Source: Brotaphodocola sp.
Lineage (GTDB): Bacteria; Bacillota; Clostridia; Lachnospirales; Lachnospiraceae
Length of the DNA stretch: 64,000 nucleotides
Direction of reading: 5' to 3'
Assembly (NCBI RefSeq): GCF_050873365.1
Contig: NZ_JBNMIQ010000016.1
Location: forward strand, 1,682 to 65,681
Part shown: piece after piece, positions 37,564-48,012 of the stretch
Position numbering within the stretch: the stretch's first letter is position 1
How the letters are laid out: each line of letters opens with the position of its first letter
Made by a program: the position numbers and the translations under genes
Notes under the pieces: model-generated
What the model saw: only the letters and a program-made list of their open reading frames with translations
The model's database searches: none
Told to the model about the DNA's origin: nothing

Positions 37564-38322
37564 ATGAAACGACTGGCTTTCAAGACAGCGTTCCCAAAAA
37601 CGATTCCGATCTTTACCGGGTTCTGCTTTCTCGGTATGGCATACGGCATCTATATGAACGCTTCCGGCTTTTCTTTCTTTTATCCGCTCATGATGAGCAT
37701 GCTGATCTACGGAGGTTCTCTTGAGTTTGTCACAGTTGAAATGCTCTTAAGCCCCTTCGCCCCGGTTCAGGTCTTCATCATGGCACTGCTGATTCAGGCT
37801 CGTCACCTCTTTTACGGTCTCTCAATGCTTGAAAAATTTAAGGGACTCGGGTGGAAAAAATTTTATCTGATTTTTGGAATGTGCGATGAGACGTTCTCAA
37901 TCAACTGTTCCGCGGAGATTCCGGAGGGCGTCGATCGGGGATGGTTTTTCTTTTTCGTCACCCTCCTGAATCAGATTTACTGGGTTCTCGGAGCTACGCT
38001 TGGCGGACTGATCGGCTCCCTGCTGACCTTTGACACTGCCGGAATTAACTTCGTCATGACCTCGATGTTCGTCGTGATCTTTTTGGAGCAGTGGCTCAAG
38101 GAAAAAAATCACATTTCCGCAATCATCGGCCTCACCGTCTCCGCCCTTTGCCTTTTCGGTTTTGGAGCGAACACCTTCATGGTTCCGACGATGATCACGA
38201 TCATCATTCTGCTCGCCGTGTTCCGCAAACCGATTGAGCGCATGGACAATGAAATTACAAACAAAGAAACGACTCTAAAAGAAAACACAATAAAAGAAAC
38301 TGCAACAGGAAAAACAAGATAA
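37564..38322 (+). CDS. azlC: AzlC-family branched-chain amino acid exporter subunit
   Basis: 252 aa, multi-TM, with an AzlC-type N-terminus (FKTAFPKTIPIFTGFCFLGMAYG), followed by azlD. Confidence 0.85.
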   Translation: MKRLAFKTAFPKTIPIFTGFCFLGMAYGIYMNASGFSFFYPLMMSMLIYGGSLEFVTVEMLLSPFAPVQVFIMALLIQARHLFYGLSMLEKFKGLGWKKFYLIFGMCDETFSINCSAEIPEGVDRGWFFFFVTLLNQIYWVLGATLGGLIGSLLTFDTAGINFVMTSMFVVIFLEQWLKEKNHISAIIGLTVSALCLFGFGANTFMVPTMITIIILLAVFRKPIERMDNEITNKETTLKENTIKETATGKTR

Positions 38323-38398
38323 AAGAATTTACGACAAAAAGCAAAAATTTCAGCCAAACAAGACCAACTATCAAGTAAGTAGACAGGAGGTTTATCCC

Positions 38399-38722
38399 AT
38401 GACCATTCCACAGCAAATCATCACCATCGGTTTATGTGTCCTTGCGACAATGACAACCCGCTTTCTCCCATTTTTTATCTTCTCAGAGAAACGCGAGACA
38501 CCCGCATTTATCCAGTATATCGGGAAATATCTTCCCTCAGCAGTCTTTGGCATGCTCGTCGTATACTGTCTGAAAAACGTTGATGTTCTTCACGGCACAC
38601 ACGGAGCACCGGAGTTTCTCGCCATCATTGCGACGACAATCATTCATCTCTGGAAACGCCAGATGCTTCTCTCGATCGCCGGAGGAACCATTTTTTATAT
38701 GCTGTTGATCCATTTCATCTGA
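38399..38722 (+). CDS. azlD: AzlD-family branched-chain amino acid exporter subunit
   Basis: 107-aa small hydrophobic protein directly downstream of azlC. RBS GGAGG. Confidence 0.8.
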   Translation: MTIPQQIITIGLCVLATMTTRFLPFFIFSEKRETPAFIQYIGKYLPSAVFGMLVVYCLKNVDVLHGTHGAPEFLAIIATTIIHLWKRQMLLSIAGGTIFYMLLIHFI

Positions 38723-38899
38723 CCGATTGCCGATGATTTCAAATCTCATTGCATGGTTTTTCGCGCATTGCTTTTCTCAATTCATTTGTTCATTTATTGT
38801 ATTGCACAAAAAAGCTCTCACAAATCCATGATGTCTCAACACCACAGACTCGTGAGAGCTTTAAGCAAAACGATGAACCATCGATCTTTTTCTTTCTCC

Positions 38900-39304
38900 C
38901 TAGATCAGATTATATCCCTTAGATTTCAGACATTCCTGAACTTCCCAGATTCCATCCGTATTGAAAACCATAACCGGCTTTCCGGAATCCCTGTTGAACG
39001 AGAGGTACATGTAATTGATGCTGATGTTACTCTCAGAGAGCGCAAGCAGGAGGCGATTCAAGTTTCCAACCTCATCTGCCACCTCAACGCCGAGTACATT
39101 ACTCAGACGGCACATATAACCTGCCTCTGTGAGCTTCTCCTGTGCCTTTTCCGGGTCAGAGACAACCATGCGGATGATTCCAAACTCCGCACTGTCATTT
39201 GTGACAGACCCCCAGATATTAATTTCAGCCTCCGCCAAAATACTGGTGATTTTCTGCAAGGTTCCCTTTGAATTCTCGCCAAAAACAGACACCTGTTTTA
39301 ACAT
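38900..39304 (-). CDS. ACT-domain protein
   Basis: 134 aa containing two ACT-like beta-alpha-beta-beta-alpha-beta units (SVFGENSKGTLQKITSILAEAEINI). Confidence 0.65.
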   Translation of the reverse strand: MLKQVSVFGENSKGTLQKITSILAEAEINIWGSVTNDSAEFGIIRMVVSDPEKAQEKLTEAGYMCRLSNVLGVEVADEVGNLNRLLLALSESNISINYMYLSFNRDSGKPVMVFNTDGIWEVQECLKSKGYNLI

Positions 39305-39432
39305 ATTTCTTTCCTGCCTTTCTCAGTTCTTTTGTATCTTTGTATTTTTCATTTCACTCTAGCACTTTAATGTATAAAATTCTCTGTTTTCATCTAGTAT
39401 AACGCAGGGCAAGTGATTTGTAAATGATTTCC

Positions 39433-40206
39433 TCAACTCAAATAATTTTTCATCGTCCTGAGTGCACTCTTTTCCAATCTCGACACCTGCGCCTGACTGA
39501 TATGGATCTCCTCCGCGACCTCGGTCTGGGTCTTTCCCTCAAAAAAACGCATATCGATGATGTGTCGCTCGCGCCCCGGCAAATGTTTCATCGCCTCCCG
39601 AAGAGAGAGATCCTCGACCCAGTTTTCCTCCAAATGTTTCTTGTCACTGATCTGATCCATCACATAGAGCGGATCTCCGCCATCCGTGTAGATCGGCTCG
39701 TAAAGGCTGACCGGACTTTGAATTGCGTCAAGCGCATAGGTGACTTCCTCCTTGCTCATCCCGATCTCCTCTGCGATCTCTGAGATCGAAGGTTCTCTTG
39801 AGAGACGGCGCGTCAGTGCTTCTCGGGCATAGATTGCTTTGTATGCAATATCCCGCAGGGAACGACTGACGCGAATCGAATTGTTGTCCCTCAAATAACG
39901 GCGCACCTCCCCGAGAATCATCGGCACCGCATACGTTGAAAATCTCACATTCTGGGAGAGATCAAAATTGTCAATCGCCTTGATTAATCCAATACAGCCG
40001 ATCTGAAACAGATCATCAATATTTTCCTGACTGCCGGCAAAACGCTGAATGACACTCAGGACCAAACGCAGATTTCCCTTGATATACTGCTCTCTGGCAC
40101 TCTTGTCCCCCTTTGCGATCCGCATAAAAAGAGCATCCTTCTCCTCATTTGTGAGCAACGGGAGCTTTGATGTGTTCACGCCACAAATTTCCACCTTATA
40201 GACAGG
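39433..40206 (-). CDS. sigG: forespore RNA polymerase sigma factor SigG
   Basis: KVEICGVNTSKLPLL, GNLRLVLSVIQRF, DDLFQIGCIGLIKAIDNFD and FSTYAVPMILGEVRRYLRDN are near-identical to SigG hallmarks. ATG 40206 has RBS GGAGG. Confidence 0.85.
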   Translation of the reverse strand, partial: PVYKVEICGVNTSKLPLLTNEEKDALFMRIAKGDKSAREQYIKGNLRLVLSVIQRFAGSQENIDDLFQIGCIGLIKAIDNFDLSQNVRFSTYAVPMILGEVRRYLRDNNSIRVSRSLRDIAYKAIYAREALTRRLSREPSISEIAEEIGMSKEEVTYALDAIQSPVSLYEPIYTDGGDPLYVMDQISDKKHLEENWVEDLSLREAMKHLPGRERHIIDMRFFEGKTQTEVAEEIHISQAQVSRLEKSALRTMKNYLS

Positions 40207-40274
40207 CATATCCTTTACCTCCGCAGATTTGATAGGGAGTGTGAATCCCAAGTCCAAACAGCAACTCTGAATGT

Positions 40275-40304
40275 AAGGATGGACATTTTCCGGTGAATTT
40301 ATAC
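40275..40304 (-). promoter_or_regulatory. possible SigF/SigG-type forespore promoter of sigG
   Basis: On the minus strand: GTATA (40300-40304), an 18-nt spacer, then CATCCTT (40275-40281). This resembles GHATR-N17/18-CATxxTA, but the last base does not fit. Confidence 0.3.
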
Positions 40305-40433
40305 GGCTTTGTGCGAAAGAAGACCAGAACGGAGATGAATAAAATTTGAAAATCCGGAAGATTTATCTTATGATAAAAAAGAAAGATTAAGAAAAAATAA
40401 GAAAATTTGCAGAAATATGAGGACTTTTTACTT

Positions 40434-41048
40434 ATGGCTCAGACACAAGATCAGGAAAACAAATGGGACAAACTTCTGAAAATCCGCACTTCCGGACGCG
40501 ATGACTCAAACGCAGATCAGTACTGCTACCCCTACGAACCGACACCCTACTCCGTCCTTGAACGGCTCGCAAACAGCGGAGAAATCCGCAAAAATCATGT
40601 TCTGCTCGACTACGGATGCGGAAAAGGGCGGGTCGATTTCTTTCTCGCCTACCAGACCAGATGCCGGGCAATCGGAATCGAGTACGATGAGCGGATCTAT
40701 GCGGAAGCACACAAAAATAAAGAGAGCGCAGTCTCAGGCGCCCGGACGGAATTCGTGCTCGCAAATGCCGAACAGTATCCGGTCGCTCCCGAAATCAACC
40801 GAATTTTCTTTTTTAATCCATTTTCCGTTGAGATTTTAAAGAGCGTTCTCGCGAGAGTCCTCGACTCCTACTACGAAAATCCACGAAACATCAAGCTCTT
40901 CTTTTACTACCCACAGGACGAATACCTCGCCTACCTGATGACCGTAAGCGAACTGGAATTTTATGATGAGATTGACTGTCAGGATCTGTTTGAGGGGCAT
41001 AACTTGCGAGAGCGAATCGTGATTTTTGAGACTCCCGAGATGTTTTAA
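40434..41048 (+). CDS. class I SAM-dependent methyltransferase
   Basis: Motif I is LDYGCGKGR. ATG 40434, preceded by GAGGA, is preferred over the TTG at 40407. Confidence 0.7.
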   Translation: MAQTQDQENKWDKLLKIRTSGRDDSNADQYCYPYEPTPYSVLERLANSGEIRKNHVLLDYGCGKGRVDFFLAYQTRCRAIGIEYDERIYAEAHKNKESAVSGARTEFVLANAEQYPVAPEINRIFFFNPFSVEILKSVLARVLDSYYENPRNIKLFFYYPQDEYLAYLMTVSELEFYDEIDCQDLFEGHNLRERIVIFETPEMF

Positions 41049-41255
41049 GATGGAATTAAAATCACGCGCCAAGTCGACGCTCGCGGAGACTTGAATCGGA
41101 TTGTAATCCAATTTTTTTGAATGAAAAATTTTGCAGGATATGCGATTTGCAAAAAGAAAATTTTATAAAATTGTAATAGATGTAATGGAATTGTAAACGC
41201 AGTTCCCTCAAAAAAGAGGTATACTGTTACCATCTTACGAAAGGTGGTAACTCAC

Positions 41256-42311
41256 ATGTACATAAAAAAATTTGCAGTCGCTTGCCTCAGTCTCTGTCTG
41301 TGTGCACAGCCTGTTTTCTCCTCTTACGCCGGAACTATCGTCGCAGGAAGCGGTGCTTCCCTCGCTTCCCCGTCAAACGTCAGCCCTGCTACCGGCTCTT
41401 CCTCCGCCTCATCCTTTACTGCGGATCAGGCATGGCACAAGATCAACGGGCAGTATGTCGACGCATCGGGGAACCCGATTGACGGCGTTCTGATGCGCGG
41501 AATCAGCGTCTCCAAATGGCAGGGAAACATCGACTGGGCAAAGGTTGCGAGCGATGACGTCTCCTTTGCTTTTGTCCGCATGGTCTCCTACGGCTACGAA
41601 GGTCAGATCACGATGGATGAAACCTTCGACCAGAATATGCGTCAGGCGAGCGCTCAGGGCATCAAGACCGCTCCTTACATCTATCTCCAGACCAAGACCG
41701 TCGAGGAGGCAAAAAAAGCCGGTCAGTTCGCTGTCGACACTGCAAGAAACTACAACGTAAACTTCCCGATCGCCGTCGACATCGAATCCCCCTACATCCT
41801 CACACTGTCGGTTCAGGAGCTGACCGATGTCATCAACGCATTCTGTCAGGTGATCGCAGACAATGGCTACACCCCGATCGTGTACAGCGACTTCAACAAG
41901 CTGAGCACCGAGATGGACACCTCCCAGATTCCTTATGACATCTGGCTTGCACGCTACGGCTCGACAAACAATCAGTTTGCGAACCGCACAATCTGGCAAC
42001 CGACTGAAACTGCATCCGTAAACGGAATTTCCGGAAATGTCTGCGTCGAGCTCGCCTTTAAGAACTACATCGGTCAGGTTGGAACCGGAAACAGCTCTGG
42101 CAGTTCCGTTGTCGGACCGGCAGGCAGTCAAAATTACTCCGTCTCCGCGACACCTACGGTCGGCGCTTCTTCCCAGACCGGCGGTCCGGGTGTTGTTCAG
42201 GCAGGAAGTGGAAGTCTGACCTCCCCGACACCTGAGAATGTCTCCCAGAGCGCACCGGCAACGGACACGAGTTCTACAACCTCATCGACGGTAGTCACCG
42301 CAGGTAATTAA
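41256..42311 (+). CDS. secreted GH25 lysozyme/muramidase
   Basis: Signal peptide, a GH25 core (RGISVSKWQGNIDWAKVASDDVSFAFVRM) and an S/T/G-rich tail. ATG 41256 has RBS AAAGGTGG. Confidence 0.85.
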   Translation: MYIKKFAVACLSLCLCAQPVFSSYAGTIVAGSGASLASPSNVSPATGSSSASSFTADQAWHKINGQYVDASGNPIDGVLMRGISVSKWQGNIDWAKVASDDVSFAFVRMVSYGYEGQITMDETFDQNMRQASAQGIKTAPYIYLQTKTVEEAKKAGQFAVDTARNYNVNFPIAVDIESPYILTLSVQELTDVINAFCQVIADNGYTPIVYSDFNKLSTEMDTSQIPYDIWLARYGSTNNQFANRTIWQPTETASVNGISGNVCVELAFKNYIGQVGTGNSSGSSVVGPAGSQNYSVSATPTVGASSQTGGPGVVQAGSGSLTSPTPENVSQSAPATDTSSTTSSTVVTAGN

Positions 42312-42393
42312 ACTTACGTGATCATCCGATCACCACTGCCTACTTTTATCCGTTCCTATTTCCTTCTTATACCGAAGAATAGGAACGGATTTT

Positions 42394-43761
42394 TTATTTT
42401 CCTTCCATCTCCCTCACCGCTTTCTTAAACTGGAACGCAAACAGGGTGCTTGCAAAAATCACGGACAGTGTATCTGCGACCGGCTCTGCAAGATAAACTG
42501 CCATCAGCGCATTGTTTGCAAACAGATGCGGAAGGATGTAGATCAGCGGAATCAGCAGAATAAATTTTCGCATGACTGCCACCATGATCGAGGCTTTCGC
42601 ATTTCCGAGTGCGCTGAATGTGAGCTGGCAGGCAACCTGAATTCCGAACACAAACATCACTGCCATATAGATGCGCAGGGCTGTTTTTCCAAATGTCAGC
42701 AACTGTGCATCTGAGGTGAACATCGACACAAATGCTCCCGGAAACAGCTGAACACCAAGCCACAGAAGGACCGAGTAACAGAGATTGACTTTCACGAGAA
42801 GTCCGAATGTCTTCTTCACACGCTCTGCATTGTGTGCACCGTAGTTGTAACTGATGATCGGCTGTGCGCCCTGTCCGAGTCCCTGAAGAGGAAGCATCGC
42901 AAACTGCATCACACTCGTGAGAATCGTCATCGCTCCGACAGCGAGATCTCCACCGTAGCGAAGCAGGGAGGAGTTGAAGCAGACTGAAATGATACTCTCA
43001 CTCGACTGCATGATAAATCCCGCCAGGCCGAGCATCACCGTCGGCACCACAACGTTTTTTTTCAGTCTCATATTTTCTTTTTTGATTTTCAAATACGTCT
43101 TTTTTCCAAGAAGAAACGACATCACCCAGGTACACGACAATGCCTGAGAGATCACGGTCGCAAGACCGGCTCCGCGCACTCCCATCCCAAATTTAAAAAT
43201 AAAAATCGGGTCAAGCACAATATTGGCAACTGCACCGATCAGCACAGAAAGCATTCCGGTCTTGGCAAATCCCTGTGCCGTGATAAACGTGTTCATGCCG
43301 AGCGTCAACTGTACAAAGATCGTTCCGATCGCATAGATATTCAAATATGCGCAGGCATATTCGATCGTATTCTCACTCGCGCCAAATGCCAGCAGAATCC
43401 GCCGTCCAAATGCCAACAAAATCGTTGTCAACACTACGGAAATAATCAGCTGAAGCGTCACACAGTTTCCGAGTATCTGTTCCGCCTGATCCTCTTCATT
43501 CTTTCCCATCGCAATCGTCGCCCTCGGCGCACCGCCCGATCCGACCATCGATGCAAACGCCGACACAACCATGATGATCGGCATGCAAACGCCGACACCA
43601 GTCAGTGCAAGTGCCCCGCTCTCCGGAATGTGTCCGATATAAATTCGGTCCACGACGTTGTAGAGCATATTGATGATCTGCGCCATCACCGTCGGGATCG
43701 CCAACCGAAAAAGAAGTCTCCCGACCGGCTCTTTTCCAAGAAAACTTTTGTCATTCTGCAT
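42394..43761 (-). CDS. MATE-family efflux transporter
   Basis: 12-TM protein with a typical MATE N-terminus (GKEPVGRLLFRLAIPTVMAQIINMLYNVVDRIYIG). ATG 43761 has RBS GGGGAGG. Confidence 0.9.
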   Translation of the reverse strand: MQNDKSFLGKEPVGRLLFRLAIPTVMAQIINMLYNVVDRIYIGHIPESGALALTGVGVCMPIIMVVSAFASMVGSGGAPRATIAMGKNEEDQAEQILGNCVTLQLIISVVLTTILLAFGRRILLAFGASENTIEYACAYLNIYAIGTIFVQLTLGMNTFITAQGFAKTGMLSVLIGAVANIVLDPIFIFKFGMGVRGAGLATVISQALSCTWVMSFLLGKKTYLKIKKENMRLKKNVVVPTVMLGLAGFIMQSSESIISVCFNSSLLRYGGDLAVGAMTILTSVMQFAMLPLQGLGQGAQPIISYNYGAHNAERVKKTFGLLVKVNLCYSVLLWLGVQLFPGAFVSMFTSDAQLLTFGKTALRIYMAVMFVFGIQVACQLTFSALGNAKASIMVAVMRKFILLIPLIYILPHLFANNALMAVYLAEPVADTLSVIFASTLFAFQFKKAVREMEGK

Positions 43762-44314
43762 CTTTGTCCTCCCCACATTCTCCATCTCTTCCACAAGTCC
43801 CACAGACTCTACTTGCTTCACTCTCTTCACTCTCTTTACCGCTTCCATCCCTCTGCGGATTCGCTCCAAGCCCCTTTAGAATGTTCTCCTCGATTCTCCG
43901 GTTCATCTCCTGATAGAGATGTTTTTCATTTTCATCGAAGCCTGCAAAAATCTGTGCAAGCATCTTCTCCTGCTGGACCTCAACCGCCGTGACGAGCGGA
44001 GTCGCCCTCTCGGTCAGCGACAGATGAATCCGTCTCCGATCTTTCGGGTCTTCCGTCCGCTTGAGAAATCCTTTCTGAATCAGGGCTTCCACTCCCTGAG
44101 AGACATTTCCGCGCTGGAGCATTCTCATCCGAACAATCTCACTTGCCGTGTCGTGCTGTGGATTGTTGTAGAGGAAATTGACAATTACAATCTCCACTTT
44201 TGACAAGCCATACTCCCTGCGAACCGGTTCCTGATAGAGTTCCTGAAGTTTAAATGTCCCGCGCATCACCATGCAGTAATTTCCATGATTTTTCAAATCT
44301 CTGTTATGATCCAT
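43751..44314 (-). CDS. MarR-family transcriptional regulator
   Basis: ATG 44314 has RBS AAAGGAGGA. Winged-helix region: SEIVRMRMLQRGNVSQGVEALIQKGFLKRTEDPKDRRRIHLSLT. An acidic/Cys-containing C-terminal tail overlaps the MATE start by 11 nt. Confidence 0.8.
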   Translation of the reverse strand: MDHNRDLKNHGNYCMVMRGTFKLQELYQEPVRREYGLSKVEIVIVNFLYNNPQHDTASEIVRMRMLQRGNVSQGVEALIQKGFLKRTEDPKDRRRIHLSLTERATPLVTAVEVQQEKMLAQIFAGFDENEKHLYQEMNRRIEENILKGLGANPQRDGSGKESEESEASRVCGTCGRDGECGEDKDAE

Positions 44315-44646
44315 GTTGGGTGATGCGATCCTCCTTTCTATCTTTCTTTGTATCGTTTCTATCGTTTTTAAATAGTTTCTTTTAGAACTATTCTTTTTAG
44401 AACTGATTATACGCATTTCGATCCCCTCTGTCAATCCCACCCCAACGATTGACAGAGAGCCAAAATAAAAAAGGATCTCCAGCGCGTCTCCCTCCAGTTT
44501 TGGCAGAAATTGGAAGAAGGCAGAAGTGCCGGAAATCCTTTTTATTCCAGAATCGAAGATTCAATCACGTTCCGATTCTGTATGTTTTGCAGTTGATTTT
44601 TTTAACATTCATCAGGCAGTTTGTTGGGTCAACTTAAAACTTGGTC

Positions 44647-45273
44647 TTATTTGATAAATCCAACGTGCTTGCAGATCTCTTCTACTGCTTTGTCCTTGCG
44701 CTCGTTGAAGATCACCTTGTTCTCCTCGAACATGTTGCGACCATCTGCATCGATGGAGACGATCAGCGGACCGAACTCCTTAACTCGGCAGTTCCACAGC
44801 GTCTCCGGCATACCCAGATCACGCCACTCGGCACGAACGATCTCCTCAACCTCGGTAGCAGCTACTACTGCGTTTCCAGCCGGGAATACACAGTGGATTG
44901 CCTTGAAGTTCTTGCAGGCATACTCGGTGTTCGGGCCCATACCGCCCTTACCGATGATGACCTTTACTCCGGTCTGCTCTACGAACTCTTTCTCGAACTT
45001 CTCCATACGCATGGAAGTGGTCGGTCCTACGGAAACCATCTCGAACTTGTCATTCTCCAGCGGACGGATGATCGGGCCAGCGTGGAAAATTGCGTTGTTG
45101 CGAACATCTACCGGAAGCGGGCGATGCTCCTCTACAAGACGACGATGTGCTACGTCACGGCAGGTTGTCATGCTACCTGTCAGGTATACGATATCTCCAA
45201 TATGGATATCCTTTAAATCTTCATCACTTACCGGTGTTACCAGAATTTTCTTTCCATCTCTAATCTCGATCAT
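44647..45273 (-). CDS. Fe-S hydro-lyase beta subunit (L(+)-tartrate dehydratase / class I fumarate hydratase family)
   Basis: 208 aa with the beta-subunit pattern (GKGGMG), translationally coupled to the alpha subunit. Confidence 0.85.
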   Translation of the reverse strand: MIEIRDGKKILVTPVSDEDLKDIHIGDIVYLTGSMTTCRDVAHRRLVEEHRPLPVDVRNNAIFHAGPIIRPLENDKFEMVSVGPTTSMRMEKFEKEFVEQTGVKVIIGKGGMGPNTEYACKNFKAIHCVFPAGNAVVAATEVEEIVRAEWRDLGMPETLWNCRVKEFGPLIVSIDADGRNMFEENKVIFNERKDKAVEEICKHVGFIK

Positions 45274-46172
45274 TATAATGTTACCCCCGAATGTGTAGTA
45301 ATGGTATAGTTCAGATCCTTATCGAAAATAATGTGTCCGCGACGGTGAGACCAGCATCCAACGTTTACTGCAACACCGATCGTAGAAGGATGACGTGCGG
45401 TATTCTCAATATGTACGCCCATTACGGAGTACTTTCCGCCCATACCCTGCGGTCCAAGGCCGATGGAGTTGATGCCGTCCTCGAGAAGTTTCTCCATGTA
45501 AGCGGCACGCTCGTTCTCGTTGTGGCTTCCTAACGGACGCATCAGAGCTTTCTTGGAAAGCAGTGCAGCGGTCTCAACAGAAGTTGCAACACCTACACCA
45601 ACCAGAAGTGGCGGGCAAGCATTCAGACCGTAAGAAGTCATAACATCCATAACGAACTGGGTAACACCCTCGTATCCAGCGCCCGGCATCAGAACCATTG
45701 CCTTACCCGGAAGGGTGCAACCGCCACCTGCCATGTATGCGTAGATCTCGCACTTGTCGCTGTCCGGAACGATGTCCCAGAATACGGTCGGGGTTCCCTT
45801 GCCGACGTTCTTACCGGTGTTGTACTCATCGAAAGTCTCAACACTGTTGTGTCTCAGCGGAGCCTCGAAGGTTGCCTTCACAACAGCCTCTTTCAGAAGA
45901 CCCTCAAGCTCACCGATCAGCGGGAACTGGGTACCGCACTTTACCCAGAACTGAAGAACTCCGGTATCCTGACAGCTCGGGCGATTCAGCTTTACAGCCA
46001 GATCCTGGTTCTTCTTCATTGTTGCGTAGATAACCTTGGACAGCGGGCTATCCTCTTTCTCTGCCAGCTCATCGAGCTTTGCGATGATGTCATCCGGCAG
46101 TTTCTTACCGATATGGTCTACAAAATGCGCCATATACGTGGTAAGCTGTTCAACCTGTTCTTTCTTGCTCAT
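45273..46172 (-). CDS. Fe-S hydro-lyase alpha subunit (L(+)-tartrate dehydratase / class I fumarate hydratase family)
   Basis: ATG 46172 has RBS AGGAGG and the CQDTG motif. At 299 aa its size is close to TtdA. Confidence 0.85.
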   Translation of the reverse strand: MSKKEQVEQLTTYMAHFVDHIGKKLPDDIIAKLDELAEKEDSPLSKVIYATMKKNQDLAVKLNRPSCQDTGVLQFWVKCGTQFPLIGELEGLLKEAVVKATFEAPLRHNSVETFDEYNTGKNVGKGTPTVFWDIVPDSDKCEIYAYMAGGGCTLPGKAMVLMPGAGYEGVTQFVMDVMTSYGLNACPPLLVGVGVATSVETAALLSKKALMRPLGSHNENERAAYMEKLLEDGINSIGLGPQGMGGKYSVMGVHIENTARHPSTIGVAVNVGCWSHRRGHIIFDKDLNYTITTHSGVTL

Positions 46173-46241
46173 CTCATAACCTCCTGTTTCTTCATGTGAA
46201 TGTTTTTTTGTTTTTGATTTTTGTGTTGTTTTGATTTGTTG

Positions 46242-46307
46242 TTTCTGATATTTAATAATGTATCCATTTCGTATCTTCATAATAAATCGTTTTGTGTCGT
46301 TTGTCAA
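46242..46307 (-). promoter_or_regulatory. sigma-A promoter plus conserved operator module (copy A)
   Basis: On the minus strand: TTGACA (46302-46307), a 17-nt spacer, TATTAT (46279-46284), then GAAGATACGAAATGGATACATTATTAAATATCAGAAA. The segment from -10 to +35 is near-identical to 48013-48058. Confidence 0.6.
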
Positions 46308-46475
46308 GTGTTTTTTTGTAATTTTTTTACATATTTTTGTACACAAAATACGTTTTATTATGCTTATTTCGCAGTGTGTTACTGTTCACGCATTGCCCAA
46401 CAGCAAAGTGTATACAATAACACACTATGTCTCCAAATAGGGGTTCAAGGACATCCCCTGGCTCGTCTTCTCTCT

Positions 46476-47744
46476 TTACGGGAAGAACGGGAACGCGATC
46501 GGAAGAATGATCATGCTGACAATCGTCGCAATCACAATCAACGGAGCACCGGACTTCACATAGTCCATGAATGTATATCCGCCTGCACCGATTACCATCG
46601 TATTTGCCGGCATTCCGATCGGGGTTGCGTATGCACAGGAACCACCGATAACACATGCCATCAGAACGGCTCTCGGGTCAGCTCCCATTCCCTGAGCAAC
46701 AGACAGACAGATCGGAACCATCAGAGCGGTCGTCGCCGTGTTGGACATGAAGTTCGTCAGCACACAGCACAGCATGAAGACAACGAAGGTCAGCACATAC
46801 GGGGACGGATTCTCACCGAGGGCGTTGATTACAAGGTCTGCAATCTGCTCTCCTGCTCCTGTCTTGGAAAGTGCAGATGCAAGGGAAAGCGTACCACCAA
46901 AGAGGAAAATCGTCTTTAAGTCAATCGACTTGAGCGCATTCTTCTCAGAGATAACACCGGTCAGAATCAGAGCCAGAGCACCGATACATCCGGAGATGCA
47001 CAGCTTGATACCGATCTTGTCCTCGAGAACCATCGCTGCCAGCGTCAGCACAAGGATCACGAGGGAGAGAACTTTCTTCCACTGCGGAACGTTGCTGAAA
47101 TCCTGAGTCTGATCAAAAGCTCCATCGTCTTTCGGCTCGCGGTTCGGGAGCAGACGGTATCCAATCGTTGCATAGAAAAGAATTCCACAGATCAGGATCG
47201 GAACTCCGACAATCGCATACTCAAAGAATCCAAAGGACATTCCGAGCTGTTCCTGAAGCGCACTCTGTGCAATCAGGTTGCCCGGCGCACCGATCAGGGA
47301 AAGGTTTCCACCCATCGCTGCCGCAAATACCAGAGGCATCAGCAGTCTGGAACGGGAATATCCGGACTTTGCTGCAATTCCGATTACAACCGGAATCAAA
47401 ACGGCTGCGGTACCGGTGTTGGAAAGAACTCCACTCATCACGCCCACGATCACCATGATCGCGATAATCAGCATTCTCTCGGTCTTCGCGAACTTTGTCA
47501 CGATTCCGCCGATCTCATTTGCCATTCCGGTCTCAAAAAATGCTCCGCCGACAATAAACATTGCGACGAACAAAATTACGTTGCTGTCAATAAATCCTGC
47601 AAAAGCTGTCTTTACATCCAGTACCTTTGTGACGACAAGTCCGATACAGACGATCATCGAAGTCACACCCAGCGGGATCTTCTCTGTCACGAACATCACG
47701 ATCGCAAACAGAAGAAATAAAATAGTAATGGTTGATGGACTCAT
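46476..47744 (-). CDS. DASS/SLC13-family di-/tricarboxylate transporter
   Basis: Multi-TM anion permease. ATG 47744 has RBS AGGAGGAG; the longer ORF-track start lacks one. Confidence 0.8.
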   Translation of the reverse strand: MSPSTITILFLLFAIVMFVTEKIPLGVTSMIVCIGLVVTKVLDVKTAFAGFIDSNVILFVAMFIVGGAFFETGMANEIGGIVTKFAKTERMLIIAIMVIVGVMSGVLSNTGTAAVLIPVVIGIAAKSGYSRSRLLMPLVFAAAMGGNLSLIGAPGNLIAQSALQEQLGMSFGFFEYAIVGVPILICGILFYATIGYRLLPNREPKDDGAFDQTQDFSNVPQWKKVLSLVILVLTLAAMVLEDKIGIKLCISGCIGALALILTGVISEKNALKSIDLKTIFLFGGTLSLASALSKTGAGEQIADLVINALGENPSPYVLTFVVFMLCCVLTNFMSNTATTALMVPICLSVAQGMGADPRAVLMACVIGGSCAYATPIGMPANTMVIGAGGYTFMDYVKSGAPLIVIATIVSMIILPIAFPFFP

Positions 47745-48012
47745 AAACTCCTCCTGCTTTTCCCCATGCATACACGCATCTCTCGGGTTTCTTTTTGATA
47801 TTTCGGCGCCGATTTCGTGGATACCCCTCAAATACATACTCTCTCCGATCGCCTTCCGAGTCAGTACTCCCCCCTGTCACGCTCTCTTACAACGTTTCCG
47901 ATGCTTCATTCTCATTTGTCTTCCTGATCGGTGGGCTTATTCGTTCGTTTACTCGTTGGTTCGCTGGATGACTTGCCAACTCGCAGATGTTAAACGTTTT
48001 TCGTGATCTTTG

